DNA of 64,000 bases from Spirochaetia bacterium (GTDB taxonomy: Bacteria; Spirochaetota; Spirochaetia; SZUA-6; Bin103), in the NCBI GenBank assembly GCA_965203905.1, contig CBDBDQ010000005.1:864001-928000 (forward strand), read 5' to 3'. The translations under genes and the position numbers were made by a program. The notes under the pieces were generated by a model. It did not search any database and was not told the origin of the DNA. It saw only the letters and a program-made list of their open reading frames with translations. Shown here piece after piece: positions 42,935-52,480 of this stretch (position 1 is its first letter; each line of letters starts with the position of its first letter).

Positions 42935-44548
42935 TCAGGGGCTGGCGATGGTGATGGTTTGGTTGGCGGGGAGGGCGCGCAGCAGGGTGACCTCGCCGTC
43001 AGCCCAGCGCACGCGGACTTCGTCGGCCAGGGGTGCGGTGCCGAGGCCGAAGTGGGCGGACAGCTCGGAGGAGCCCAGGTAGTTGGAGCCGCCGTCCAGG
43101 TAGCGGTACTGCACCAGATCGGCGGTGCTCACGGTGACCAGGCTGCCGTAGCCGTTGGGCGCGAGGTCGGGCGCGGCGCCGGTATCGAGGAAGATGCGCA
43201 GCCAGTTGCGGCCGGGGCCGGCGAGGTCGTTGCAGAACAGGCTCATGCCGCCCTCGTTGTTGAAGATCAGGATGTCCCGGTCGCCGTCGGCGTCGTGGTC
43301 GAGCGTCACCAGGCCGCGGCCCTGCAGGCGGTGGTCGAACCCGCTCTCGCGCGAGATCTCGGTGAAGGTCAGGTCACCGTTGTTGCGGTACACGTAGCTG
43401 CGCTCGTGCAGCCACTCGCGCTCGAAGTTGACGTTGGGCTCCCACCAGCCGTTGGTCTCCACGATGTCCAGGTAGCCGTCGTGGTCCAGGTCCACCGCCG
43501 CCGCGGCCCAGCCCCAGCCGCCGTCCTTGACCCCGGCCGCGGCGGAGCGCTCCTCGAAGCGGTGCCCGCCGCGGTTGACGTAGAGCATGTTGCCGGTGCC
43601 GGGTGTCACCGCATCCACCGCGTCGGTGTAGATCGAGGTGACGTACCAGTCGAGCAGGCCGTCGTTGTTGAAGTCGCCCACGGCGCTGCCCATGCCGTTG
43701 CCGTCGAGGCCGGTGCCGGAGGGCACGGTCCAGTCGCTGAAGGTGCCGTTGCCGTTGTTGCGGTAGTAGCGGCTGGTGCCGTAGTCGGCGGCCAGCAGCA
43801 GTTCCGGGTAGCCGTCGCCGTCCATGTCGGAGAAACGCGGGGAAAGGCCGCGGCTCATGCCTCCCACCACGCCGCTGGAGTCGGTGACGTTGCGGAAGCT
43901 ACCGTCCCCCTGGTTGCGGAACAGCGCCGCCGCCGAGGCGCCGTGGCTGAAGGCGGCGATGTACAGGTCCAGGTCGCCGTCCAGGTCGTAGTCGCCGAAG
44001 GTGGGGCCCAGTCCGTAAACGGTGCTCTCGTAGCCCAGGTCGATGCGCGCCAGCACGTTGACCCCGGCGCCGTCGGCCACCTCGCTGAAGGTGCCGTCGC
44101 CGTTGTTGCGGTACAGCAGGTGGTAGCCGGGCAGCGTGGTGCGCGACTCGTCATCGCCGGCACTGGCCACGAACAGGTCGACCCAGCCGTCGCCGTCGAA
44201 GTCGCCCACCGCCGAGCCGTAGCCGCGGTGCAGCCGCACCACCCCGGCCGCCGCCGCCCGCTCGCTGAAGGTGCCGTCGCCGTTGTTGTAGTACAACGCG
44301 TCGGGCGCCGTGCCGCCGGTTACGTAGAAAATGTCCTGCCAGCCGTCGTTGTCGAAGTCCGCCACCGAGCCGCCGGAGGTCATCGAGTGGACGATGGGCG
44401 GCGGCTGTTCGTGGTCGGGCGTGGCCCACAGGCCCGCGGCCGCGGTGCAGTCGCGGAAGCTCAGCTCGGCGGTGGCGGCCACCGGTGCCGCCAGCAGGGC
44501 GGCGGCCGCGAGCAGCAGGTGCGCCACGGACGGCAGGTCACGAGCCAC
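42935..44548 (-). CDS. CRTAC1-family FG-GAP / ASPIC-UnbV secreted protein
   Basis: Signal peptide; repeated DFDNDG, DYDLDGD, YRNNGDGTF; HFGLG and VRVRW at the C-terminus. Confidence 0.92.
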   Translation of the reverse strand: MARDLPSVAHLLLAAAALLAAPVAATAELSFRDCTAAAGLWATPDHEQPPPIVHSMTSGGSVADFDNDGWQDIFYVTGGTAPDALYYNNGDGTFSERAAAAGVVRLHRGYGSAVGDFDGDGWVDLFVASAGDDESRTTLPGYHLLYRNNGDGTFSEVADGAGVNVLARIDLGYESTVYGLGPTFGDYDLDGDLDLYIAAFSHGASAAALFRNQGDGSFRNVTDSSGVVGGMSRGLSPRFSDMDGDGYPELLLAADYGTSRYYRNNGNGTFSDWTVPSGTGLDGNGMGSAVGDFNNDGLLDWYVTSIYTDAVDAVTPGTGNMLYVNRGGHRFEERSAAAGVKDGGWGWAAAAVDLDHDGYLDIVETNGWWEPNVNFEREWLHERSYVYRNNGDLTFTEISRESGFDHRLQGRGLVTLDHDADGDRDILIFNNEGGMSLFCNDLAGPGRNWLRIFLDTGAAPDLAPNGYGSLVTVSTADLVQYRYLDGGSNYLGSSELSAHFGLGTAPLADEVRVRWADGEVTLLRALPANQTITIASP

Positions 44549-44558
44549 GGATGGCGGC

Positions 44559-46268
44559 TCACCCCGTGCGCCCGCAGGCGTAGACGTCGATGGTGCCGTG
44601 CGGGTGCGGGGTGTAGGGCTGCTGGGTGATCTCGCCGCGCGGGTAGAGCAGGTAGGAGGCCTCGTTGGGCACCTCGGTGGGGACCACGTCGACCAGCACG
44701 CCGTGGCCGTCGAACACCTGGCAGTTGGGGTTGGGGGCGAAGCGCTGCAGGTCGGAGCAGCAGGTGACCTGCTGCAGCGCGTCGGGCAGCCAGTCGATTA
44801 CGTGCGGCCCGTGCATGCTCATGAAGCGGCGATCCCACAGGCGGCCGCCGCGGTGGTCCCGCACGTCGGTCCACTCGCCGTGGATGAAGTGGCGCGAATG
44901 GCGGTACTCGCGGTCCCCGAATACGAGCTGCAGACCCGGCAGGTCGTCGCGCAGGCGGGCGGCGATCACGTTCTGGCCGTGCCAGGTGGGGTCGATCCAC
45001 AGCCGCTCGCCGCTGCGCGCGTCCAGCACCAGGCGCGAGGAGTAGGCGATCTGCGCGCCGCCGTCGCCGGCCAGGTCGCCGCCGGCGGACATGTCCACGT
45101 GGTCGTCCTCCCACGGCGCGGCGAACGCCTCGAACGGCAGCTCCCACAGCACCCGGCCGTCATGGTCGAGCAGCTCGGTGCCGACCGCGACCTCCTGGCG
45201 CCCGTCGCCGTCGGCGTCGAACAGCGCCGGGTCGTGGCCGGCGCGGCCATTGTCGCAGGTGTACTGCCACAGCGGCCGCAGCTCGCAGTCGAACGCCGCC
45301 AGGGTGAGGCAGTTCTGCTCCCCCGCCTGCACCAGCAGGTCGCCGCGCCGCCCGTGGCCCTGGAAGTCGGCCGGGCGCACGTAGCCGCCGATCATGTGCA
45401 GCCCCTCCACGGTGCGGATCAGGTGGCCGCTGCGGAACAGCCGCTCGTGCAGGTCGGGTTCGTCGGGCGCCACCGGCTGCAGCGAGTTGATCACCGGGTA
45501 TTCCACCTCGCGCAGCACGCGACCGCTGGCGCCCTCCAGCTTGCACAGCCGGATGTTGCCGAGCGACCCGCGCACGCAGTACAGCTCGGCGCGGCCGTCG
45601 CCGTCGGCGTCCCACAGCAGCGCGTTGGAGCCGTAGCCGAGGGCGCCGTCGGGATCGTCGTAGCGCCACAGCAGCTCGCCGCTGCTGCGGTAGGCGGAGA
45701 GGTGCGCGGCGCCGGCGACGTTGAGGTATTCGCTCTCCCCGTCGCCGTCCACGTCCCCCACCAGGGCGAATCCGGCGAGGTAGCGGGCCATGCGCGGCTG
45801 CCGCTGCCAGTGGTCGGCCGCGAGCGGGATGCGGTGTTTCAGGTAGGGCAGCGCCCCCACCTCGAAGGCGAGCGCGTCGCCGCCCACCGCCGTCCCGCGG
45901 GCGTCGACCAGCTCCGCCTCGGCGCGGTAGCGGCCCGGCGCCAGGCGCTGCACGTCGAACACCTCGCCCACCTCGCGGTCCACCAGCACCCTGCTGTCGA
46001 ACAGCTCGGTGTGGGCCACGCACGGCCCCCGCGGATAGATCTGCTCGGGCAGCTCCAGCCGCGGCGCGTCGCGGCCCTCCTCGTAGATGCGCGCCCGCAC
46101 CGCGCGGTAGGGCCGCGGGGAATGGGGGAACACGACGTGGAAGGCGATCCCCCAGGGACAGGGCTCGCCGACCCGCGTCGGACGGGAAGTGGCGACCCCG
46201 ACGATGCGCAGGAACGGCTCCATCGGATGCGGCGGCAGGTGGGCGTACTCGGCAACGTCTCGGTTCAT
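44559..46268 (-). CDS. FG-GAP beta-propeller protein (possibly PL11-like)
   Basis: GDVDGDG, DADGDG repeats, GHDP, DHVD, WHGQ; ATGA overlap. Confidence 0.7.
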   Translation of the reverse strand: MNRDVAEYAHLPPHPMEPFLRIVGVATSRPTRVGEPCPWGIAFHVVFPHSPRPYRAVRARIYEEGRDAPRLELPEQIYPRGPCVAHTELFDSRVLVDREVGEVFDVQRLAPGRYRAEAELVDARGTAVGGDALAFEVGALPYLKHRIPLAADHWQRQPRMARYLAGFALVGDVDGDGESEYLNVAGAAHLSAYRSSGELLWRYDDPDGALGYGSNALLWDADGDGRAELYCVRGSLGNIRLCKLEGASGRVLREVEYPVINSLQPVAPDEPDLHERLFRSGHLIRTVEGLHMIGGYVRPADFQGHGRRGDLLVQAGEQNCLTLAAFDCELRPLWQYTCDNGRAGHDPALFDADGDGRQEVAVGTELLDHDGRVLWELPFEAFAAPWEDDHVDMSAGGDLAGDGGAQIAYSSRLVLDARSGERLWIDPTWHGQNVIAARLRDDLPGLQLVFGDREYRHSRHFIHGEWTDVRDHRGGRLWDRRFMSMHGPHVIDWLPDALQQVTCCSDLQRFAPNPNCQVFDGHGVLVDVVPTEVPNEASYLLYPRGEITQQPYTPHPHGTIDVYACGRTG

Positions 46269-47914
46269 GACGCCTCCTTGCAGGAGAAGTCGGCGGGATA
46301 GAGCCGGCAGCCCTTCAGGTAGGGGCGCTGGTGGCGGGTTTCCTCGGCGGTGTAGTAGACGCAGAGGATCTCGCCATCGGCAAACTGCACCCAGGAGGAA
46401 CCGCCGAAGTCGGCGATCGGGTCCCAGTCCACCTCCACCATGGTGTCGCGCTGATACTGGTCCGGGTACTCCCCGCCGGCCGCGTCCCAGCTCCAGCTCA
46501 TGTCGGGCGTGGTGGCGTTGCGCACCTGGACGCTCACCGAACGCCAGATGCTCTCGCCGGCGAAGCCGCGGCGGGCGAAGTTGTCCCAGCGCCACACGCT
46601 GCCGGCCCACTCGTCGGGCATGTGCTGCGCGGCGCGGAAGGTGGTGCCGAAGGCGCTGCGGTCCTGGCCCCACTGGCCGAAGCGGCGGCCGCCGGTGCGG
46701 GTGAGCCGCTCGCTGCGGATGACCTGGTCGCCGTCGACGCTCACCGTGAGGCTGGTTGCGTCACGCACCACCCGGTAGCGGTGCCGGCGGCTGGCGTCTA
46801 GGCGCCGTACCGTGTCGGGCTGGCCGCCGATCTCGATGCGGTCGGGAAAGAACACCAGCTCGCCGGCATCGGTCACGTTGATGGCGCAGGTGTGCTTCCA
46901 GCCGGCACGCGCCTCGTTGCTCACGCAGCGCAGCTCCGCCTCGATGGTGACCACGCTGTCGTGGTGCTCCGGCGGCGGCAGGAAGTACGCGGGAGGCACC
47001 TCCTCGGGAGCCCCGGTGCAGCGGATCCTGAGCCCCTCGGCCGTCAGGGCGGCGCAGCCGTCGTTGCCCCAGCGCGAGGACACCCGGTAGGCGCCCGGCT
47101 CGCACGGGTCGCCGCACCAGGCGTACAGCGAGGAGTTGCCGCTCATCTGGCGGTAGGTGGCGAGCATGCGCCCGTCGTGCAGCAGGCCGCAGCGGTGCAT
47201 GCCGCCGTAGGTGCCGGACAGCACCGGCGCGGACCAGGTTCGGCCCCGGTCTTTGGAAAAAATCTTGGGCGAGGGGTGGCTGTAGCCGTTGGAGTTGCGG
47301 ATGTGGCACACCAGGGAGCCGTCGGGAAGCTGCACGGTGGCACCCTCGCCGGAGCCGCCGAGCACGTCGGTGTCCCAGATCACGCCGTCCTCCCGCCAGG
47401 TGGCACCGCCGTCCTCGCTCCGATACTGCACCAGGTGCAGCAGCGGCGGGCGAAAGCAGCGCTCGATGGAGCCGGGCTTCTCGCGTTCCACGGTGACCAG
47501 CAGGGTGCCGTCGTCCAGTTCCACCACCTGGTCTGGGCACTGGCCGTGGATCGGGGTCGGCTGCGGTTGCGACCAGGTGCGGCCGCGGTCGTCCGACCAG
47601 ATCAGAACGTTGTCGTTGCCGCGGTCGCCGATCACCACCAGGCGGCCGTCCCGTAGCGCGCTGATGCGCGGCAGGTTCCAGTTCGGGCGGCTCGGAGCGT
47701 CCAGGACGATGCGGTGCCGGTGCCAGGAGCGCCCGCGGTCCTCGCTCTCGATCAGCGCCACCCGCGACCAAGCCGGGGCGTGCGCGTCCGACTCGCGGTA
47801 CAGACACAGCACGGTGCCGTCGTCGAGCAGCACCAGGTCGGGAAACGCCTCGTAGAGCTCATCGTTGCGGGTCACGATAAGGTGGCGCTCGGCGACGCCG
47901 TCGAAGCTCTTCAA
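46265..47914 (-). CDS. BNR/sialidase-like protein with inserted lectin-like domain
   Basis: SEDRGRSW, SDDRGRTW, SEDGGATW, SKDRGRTW. Confidence 0.83.
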   Translation of the reverse strand: MKSFDGVAERHLIVTRNDELYEAFPDLVLLDDGTVLCLYRESDAHAPAWSRVALIESEDRGRSWHRHRIVLDAPSRPNWNLPRISALRDGRLVVIGDRGNDNVLIWSDDRGRTWSQPQPTPIHGQCPDQVVELDDGTLLVTVEREKPGSIERCFRPPLLHLVQYRSEDGGATWREDGVIWDTDVLGGSGEGATVQLPDGSLVCHIRNSNGYSHPSPKIFSKDRGRTWSAPVLSGTYGGMHRCGLLHDGRMLATYRQMSGNSSLYAWCGDPCEPGAYRVSSRWGNDGCAALTAEGLRIRCTGAPEEVPPAYFLPPPEHHDSVVTIEAELRCVSNEARAGWKHTCAINVTDAGELVFFPDRIEIGGQPDTVRRLDASRRHRYRVVRDATSLTVSVDGDQVIRSERLTRTGGRRFGQWGQDRSAFGTTFRAAQHMPDEWAGSVWRWDNFARRGFAGESIWRSVSVQVRNATTPDMSWSWDAAGGEYPDQYQRDTMVEVDWDPIADFGGSSWVQFADGEILCVYYTAEETRHQRPYLKGCRLYPADFSCKEAS

Positions 47915-49665
47915 GCGCCCGACCCGGCCGCCGCGCCCGTTCCGGGGTCCGCGCCACCGCCACCGCCACCGCCACCGCCGGGAAAATCGCCCGGGTGGAC
48001 GTAGGAGCCGCGGATGTACGGCTGCGGCTTGTAGGGGGGCGGAAAGGGCCGCGGCACGTCGCTCGCGGTCTGGTAGACGCAGAAGATGCGCCCGTCGGGC
48101 AACTCCACGCAGCCCGGTTCGCCCGAGTCGCCGCCGGGATCGCGCACCACCTCCAGCAGGTGATCGCGCTCGTACTGGTTGGGGTAGGTGCCCGAGGCGG
48201 CGTTCCAGCGGAAGCGGTAGTCGGGCAGCGTCGGGTTGCGCACCGTGAGCGACACCGAGTGCCAGTAGCTCTCACCCGGGTTGGCGCGCGGCGCGTAGGC
48301 ATTGCGCACCGAGTGCATACCGGGGATGTGGGAGGTGGCGCCGAAGCTGTTGATGTCGTGCCCCGCCGGGCCCCAGCGCGGCTTGATCAGGGGCTGGGTG
48401 CGCAGCAGGCGGTCGGTGGCGATGCACTCCACGCCGTCCACGCTCACGGTGAGCGTGCGGTCGGGCGTCCTGACGATGCGGTAGGTGTGCCACCTGGTCG
48501 CGTCCACGGCATGCGCGGCGATGGTCTCGACCTCCCCGGTGAAACCGCCGCGCTTGCCGCCGTAGTCGATCTCCTCCTGGACGAAGGCAATGTGGTCTGG
48601 AAAAAAGCGCAGCTCGCCGGCCTCCATCACGTTGATGCAGCACTGGTCGCCGCGGGGATTGGCCACCACCCGCACCCGCGCCTCGAACACGATCTCCGCC
48701 AGCTCGTTCTCCGCCGGATGCAGCAGGTAGTAGGGCGGTATCTCCGCTTCGTCGCCGTTGGTCTTGATGCGCAGCCCCTCGGGAGTGAGGGTGGCGCAGC
48801 CGTCGCGGCCGTCGTAGCAGGAGGCCTGGATGTCGGTGGTGTCGTGGCCGTCGCCGCGCCACATCGCCACGCCGCTGAACCCGCCCACGTGCTCGTACGC
48901 CAGCAGCAGGTCGCCGTCGGCCAGCAGGTAGGCGTTGGGCTGCGCCATGAACACGCCCGTCTCCTGCGGTTCGCTCCAGGTGTGTCCGTCGTCGTAGGAG
49001 TAGCACTTGAAGGAGGGATAGTGGATGAAGGAGTCCTCGCGCGTGTGGCACACCAGGGTGCCGTCGTTGAGCCGCACGATCGGCCCCTCGCTGTGGGAGT
49101 GCACCGAGCTCTCCGCCACCACCGCCCGGAACTGCCACTCGCGGCCGCCGTCGGTGGAGGCCCACACCACCACCCGGTGGCGCAGGCGCCAGGCGCGGCG
49201 CCGTGGCAGGATCCCCTCGACCAGCGGCAGCAGCAGGGTGCCGTCGGGGAGCTGCACCAGCCGCCGCGGCTGGAAGCCGGTCACCGGAATCGGCTGCGGC
49301 TCGCTCCAGGTCCGGCCCCCGTCCGTGCTGCGGAACAGGAAGGTGGTGCCGGTGTTGGCGAACCCCGAGGCGGTGATCAGCAGGGTGCCGTCGGGCAGCT
49401 TGTCGACCCGCGGCATCGCCCAGTGGCAGGTCGACTCGTCGGCCAGCACCCGGCGCTCGCCCCAGGTGCGGCCCAGGTCGGTGCTCTCGCGGAACACCAG
49501 CCTTGCCCAGTTGCCACTCGAGTGTCCCGCCGCCTCGCGCCAGACGCAGATCATGTGCCCGTCGTCGCTCACCGCGACGTCGGCGTACGCCTGGTACAGG
49601 TCGTCGTCGCGATCGATGGTTACGTGACGATCGGCCAGACCGTGAATGCTCCGCAATGCCCCCAT
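47911..49665 (-). CDS. BNR/sialidase-like protein, tandem paralog of 46265-47914
   Basis: STDLGRTW, STDGGRTW, STDGGREW, SYDDGHTW; shared W.A..G.YP.QY.RD motif. Confidence 0.83.
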   Translation of the reverse strand: MGALRSIHGLADRHVTIDRDDDLYQAYADVAVSDDGHMICVWREAAGHSSGNWARLVFRESTDLGRTWGERRVLADESTCHWAMPRVDKLPDGTLLITASGFANTGTTFLFRSTDGGRTWSEPQPIPVTGFQPRRLVQLPDGTLLLPLVEGILPRRRAWRLRHRVVVWASTDGGREWQFRAVVAESSVHSHSEGPIVRLNDGTLVCHTREDSFIHYPSFKCYSYDDGHTWSEPQETGVFMAQPNAYLLADGDLLLAYEHVGGFSGVAMWRGDGHDTTDIQASCYDGRDGCATLTPEGLRIKTNGDEAEIPPYYLLHPAENELAEIVFEARVRVVANPRGDQCCINVMEAGELRFFPDHIAFVQEEIDYGGKRGGFTGEVETIAAHAVDATRWHTYRIVRTPDRTLTVSVDGVECIATDRLLRTQPLIKPRWGPAGHDINSFGATSHIPGMHSVRNAYAPRANPGESYWHSVSLTVRNPTLPDYRFRWNAASGTYPNQYERDHLLEVVRDPGGDSGEPGCVELPDGRIFCVYQTASDVPRPFPPPYKPQPYIRGSYVHPGDFPGGGGGGGGGADPGTGAAAGSGA

Positions 49666-49778
49666 GCTGCCACCTCCCGCCGCCAGCCGGCGCTTATGTC
49701 TCCGCCAACAGTATCACCAGTACCCGTTTCCCGCACGCGTGCCGGCAAGGTATAAACGCGAACCAGGAGCAACACTGC

Positions 49779-50744
49779 ATGGCAGCACGACCCAAGGTCC
49801 TGATTCTGGGCTCGCCGGTACCCGGTCACCGGCCGGAGCGCGAGATCCTCGAGCCGCTGGCGGAGATCGTGACCGCGCGGGTGGACGCCGGCGCCGACCT
49901 GGCCGCCGCGGTGCGCGACGTGGACGCGGCGATGATCGGCCTGCAGCCGTTCGATGCCCCCCTGATCGCCGGCATGCGCCGCTGCCGGGTGATCTCGCGC
50001 TACGGCATCGGCTACGACAACATCGACGTGGACGCCGCCACCGGCGCCGGGATCTGGGTCGCCCGGGTGCCGGACTACGGCTGGGAAGACGTGTCCGATC
50101 ACGCCATCGCCCTGCTGCTGGCCTGCGTGCGCGACCTGCGCAGCTACGACCGGCTGGCGCGCGCCGGCCGCCACGGCAGGCCACGGGCGCTGTTCCGGAT
50201 GCAGGGCCGGACCTGCGGCGTGATCGGCTGCGGCGGCATCGGCAGCGCCCTGGTGCGCAAGCTGGGCGGCTTCGGGCTGGCCCGCATCCTGGTGCACGAT
50301 CCCTACCTGCCGGAGGCGCAGATCGCCGCGGCCGGGGGCGTCGTCAGCGACCTTGAGACACTGCTGCGCGAGTCCGACTTCGTCTCCCTGCACACCCCGC
50401 TGAGCGACGACACGCGGCAGATGATCGGCGGCGCTCAGTTGCGGCTGATGAAACCCACCGCGATCCTGATCAACACCGCGCGCGGCGGCCTGGTCGACCA
50501 GGCTGCCCTGGCCGCCGCGCTGGCCGACGGCACCATCGCCGCCGCCGGCCTGGACGTGTTCGAGACCGAGCCGCTGCCCACCGACAGCCCCCTGGCGGCC
50601 CTGGACAACGTCATCCTCAGCAACCACATGGCGTGGTACACCGAGGAGTCGGCGGTGGAGCTGGCCACCAAGGCTGCGCGCAACGTGAGCGAGGTGCTGT
50701 GCGGCCGCCCGCCGGTGTACCCGGTCAACCGCATCGAGCCATGA
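49779..50744 (+). CDS. D-2-hydroxyacid dehydrogenase (CtBP/SerA-like)
   Basis: AGGAG RBS; GIGYDNID, GCGGIG, INTARG, LDVFETEP, NHMAWY. Confidence 0.93.
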   Translation: MAARPKVLILGSPVPGHRPEREILEPLAEIVTARVDAGADLAAAVRDVDAAMIGLQPFDAPLIAGMRRCRVISRYGIGYDNIDVDAATGAGIWVARVPDYGWEDVSDHAIALLLACVRDLRSYDRLARAGRHGRPRALFRMQGRTCGVIGCGGIGSALVRKLGGFGLARILVHDPYLPEAQIAAAGGVVSDLETLLRESDFVSLHTPLSDDTRQMIGGAQLRLMKPTAILINTARGGLVDQAALAAALADGTIAAAGLDVFETEPLPTDSPLAALDNVILSNHMAWYTEESAVELATKAARNVSEVLCGRPPVYPVNRIEP

Positions 50745-51904
50745 CCGAGTACCAGGTTGCGCTCAGCCGGCTGGCCGGCGACGGGATTCGCGCCCGCACC
50801 GTCAGCGACATCAACGGGCTCACGATGCAGCTTCTGGAGGCCGGGCCGGCCACGGAGCAGCGTCCGCTGCTGCTGTTGCTGCACGGCTTCCCGGAGCTGG
50901 CGTATAGCTGGCGCCGGGTGATGCCGGCGCTGGCCGCGGCCGGCTACTACGTGGTGGCCCCCGACCAGCGCGGCTACGGCGCCACCAGCGGCTGGGACCC
51001 CGCCTACGCCGGCGACCTGGGCTCGTTCCGCATGCTCAACCTGGTGCGCGACATGCTGGGTCTGGTGGACGCGCTGGGCTACCGGCGCGTGACCGCGGTG
51101 ATCGGCCACGACGCCGGCGCCGGGGTGGCTGCCTGGTGCGCCCTGATCCGGCCCGACCTGTTCCGCTCGGTGGCGCTGATGAGCGCCCCGTTCGCCGGAC
51201 CGCCGCCGTTGCGCCGCGACCCGAGTGCCCGCCCGTCGATGGCGCGGTTCGACGAGGATCTCGCGGCGCTGGAGCCGCCGCGCAAGCACTACCAGTGGTA
51301 CTACTCGTCACGCCGCGCCAACGCCGACATGCTGCACTGCGAGCAGGGGCTGCACGCCTTCCTGCGCGCCTACTACCACTACAAGAGCGCCGACTGGCCG
51401 GGCAACCGGCCATACCGGCTGCAGGGCTGGACCGCCGCGGAGCTGGCCAAGCTGCCCACCTACTACGTGATGAACCGCGGCGACACGATGGCGCAGGCGG
51501 TGGCCCCTTACGCCCCATCGGCGGACACCGTGGCCGCGTGCCGCTGGCTTCCCGAAAAAGAGCTGGACGTATACCGCGCCGCCTACGCGGCCACCGGGTT
51601 CCAGGGCGGCCTGCAGTGGTACCGCTGCGGCACCGGCGGCGTGGGCCTCGCCGAGCTGCAGCTCTTCGCCGGCCGCACCATCGACGTACCCTCCTGCTTC
51701 ATCTCCGGCGCCCACGACTGGGGCGTGTTCCAGAGTCCCGGCACCTACGAGCGCATGCAGGAGACGGTGTGCAGCCGCATGCTCGGCTGCCACCTGGTCC
51801 CCGGCGCCGGCCACTGGGTACAGCAGGAGCAACCGCAACAGGTCACCGAGCTGCTGCTCGAGTTCCTGGAGCGAGTGCTATCAACTCAGTTTCCAGTCCC
51901 GTAG
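50741..51904 (+). CDS. Alpha/beta hydrolase (epoxide hydrolase-like)
   Basis: HGFPE, PDQRGYG, GHDAGA, GHWVQQE. Confidence 0.92.
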   Translation: MTEYQVALSRLAGDGIRARTVSDINGLTMQLLEAGPATEQRPLLLLLHGFPELAYSWRRVMPALAAAGYYVVAPDQRGYGATSGWDPAYAGDLGSFRMLNLVRDMLGLVDALGYRRVTAVIGHDAGAGVAAWCALIRPDLFRSVALMSAPFAGPPPLRRDPSARPSMARFDEDLAALEPPRKHYQWYYSSRRANADMLHCEQGLHAFLRAYYHYKSADWPGNRPYRLQGWTAAELAKLPTYYVMNRGDTMAQAVAPYAPSADTVAACRWLPEKELDVYRAAYAATGFQGGLQWYRCGTGGVGLAELQLFAGRTIDVPSCFISGAHDWGVFQSPGTYERMQETVCSRMLGCHLVPGAGHWVQQEQPQQVTELLLEFLERVLSTQFPVP

Positions 51905-52102
51905 GGTGAGATCTGAAAGGTCGACAGAGTCCGTGCCCGGCTTTGCCATGTCTCCGCTCCGTGTCCGTGGCAGTGAATGCCTATAATTGTTTATTCACAA
52001 GCAACATAACTCGCTCGCTCGGGCATGGTCCTGCGTAGAGTACAAGTAGTAAAGGTATTACGTGTTGCCCCAAGCGTGCGAAGCTACGTAGGCTTGCAGT
52101 AG

Positions 52103-52480
52103 ATGTGCTATCGAGAGCAACTACCGAACGGATGTCCGCCCGACAACGCAGAGGAGATCTCGGAACGACGGGAGGTATTTCGCTTGGTGCGGACCAGACC
52201 ACCGACCGATGACGACTTCAGATCGCAACGCGCCGAAAAGCCGACCCACAGATTCCCCGGTGTCACCGAGTGCGAAGCGCGTGGGCTGTCTGTTCACACC
52301 GAGCGCCGGGATTCTGAACAAGCTTCGAAGCTACCCAACCTACGCGGTCGCTTTGTCTGTCGACTGAGGCTGGAAGCGGGCGCAGGTTGCATTCTACAGA
52401 CTCGAAGGCCTTCCCATCACACTTGGTGGCCACTAGCGGATTTCGATATTCTAAGTCGCTGTACCCTGGAAACCCTATGA
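52103..52480 (+). CDS. Small putative ADP-ribosyltransferase-fold protein
   Basis: LPNGCPP, VFRLV (Arg), RGLSV (Ser), HHTWW; ATGA overlap. Confidence 0.6.
   Translation: MCYREQLPNGCPPDNAEEISERREVFRLVRTRPPTDDDFRSQRAEKPTHRFPGVTECEARGLSVHTERRDSEQASKLPNLRGRFVCRLRLEAGAGCILQTRRPSHHTWWPLADFDILSRCTLETL

Noticed and set aside
16200-43000. Prophage, ICE or integron explanation for the island
   Set aside because: No integrase, tRNA, phage or conjugation genes, and no repeated attC-like palindromes were seen.
47950-47980. (CCACCG)n microsatellite encoding poly-Gly
   Set aside because: An in-frame hexamer in a disordered tail; length changes would not switch expression.
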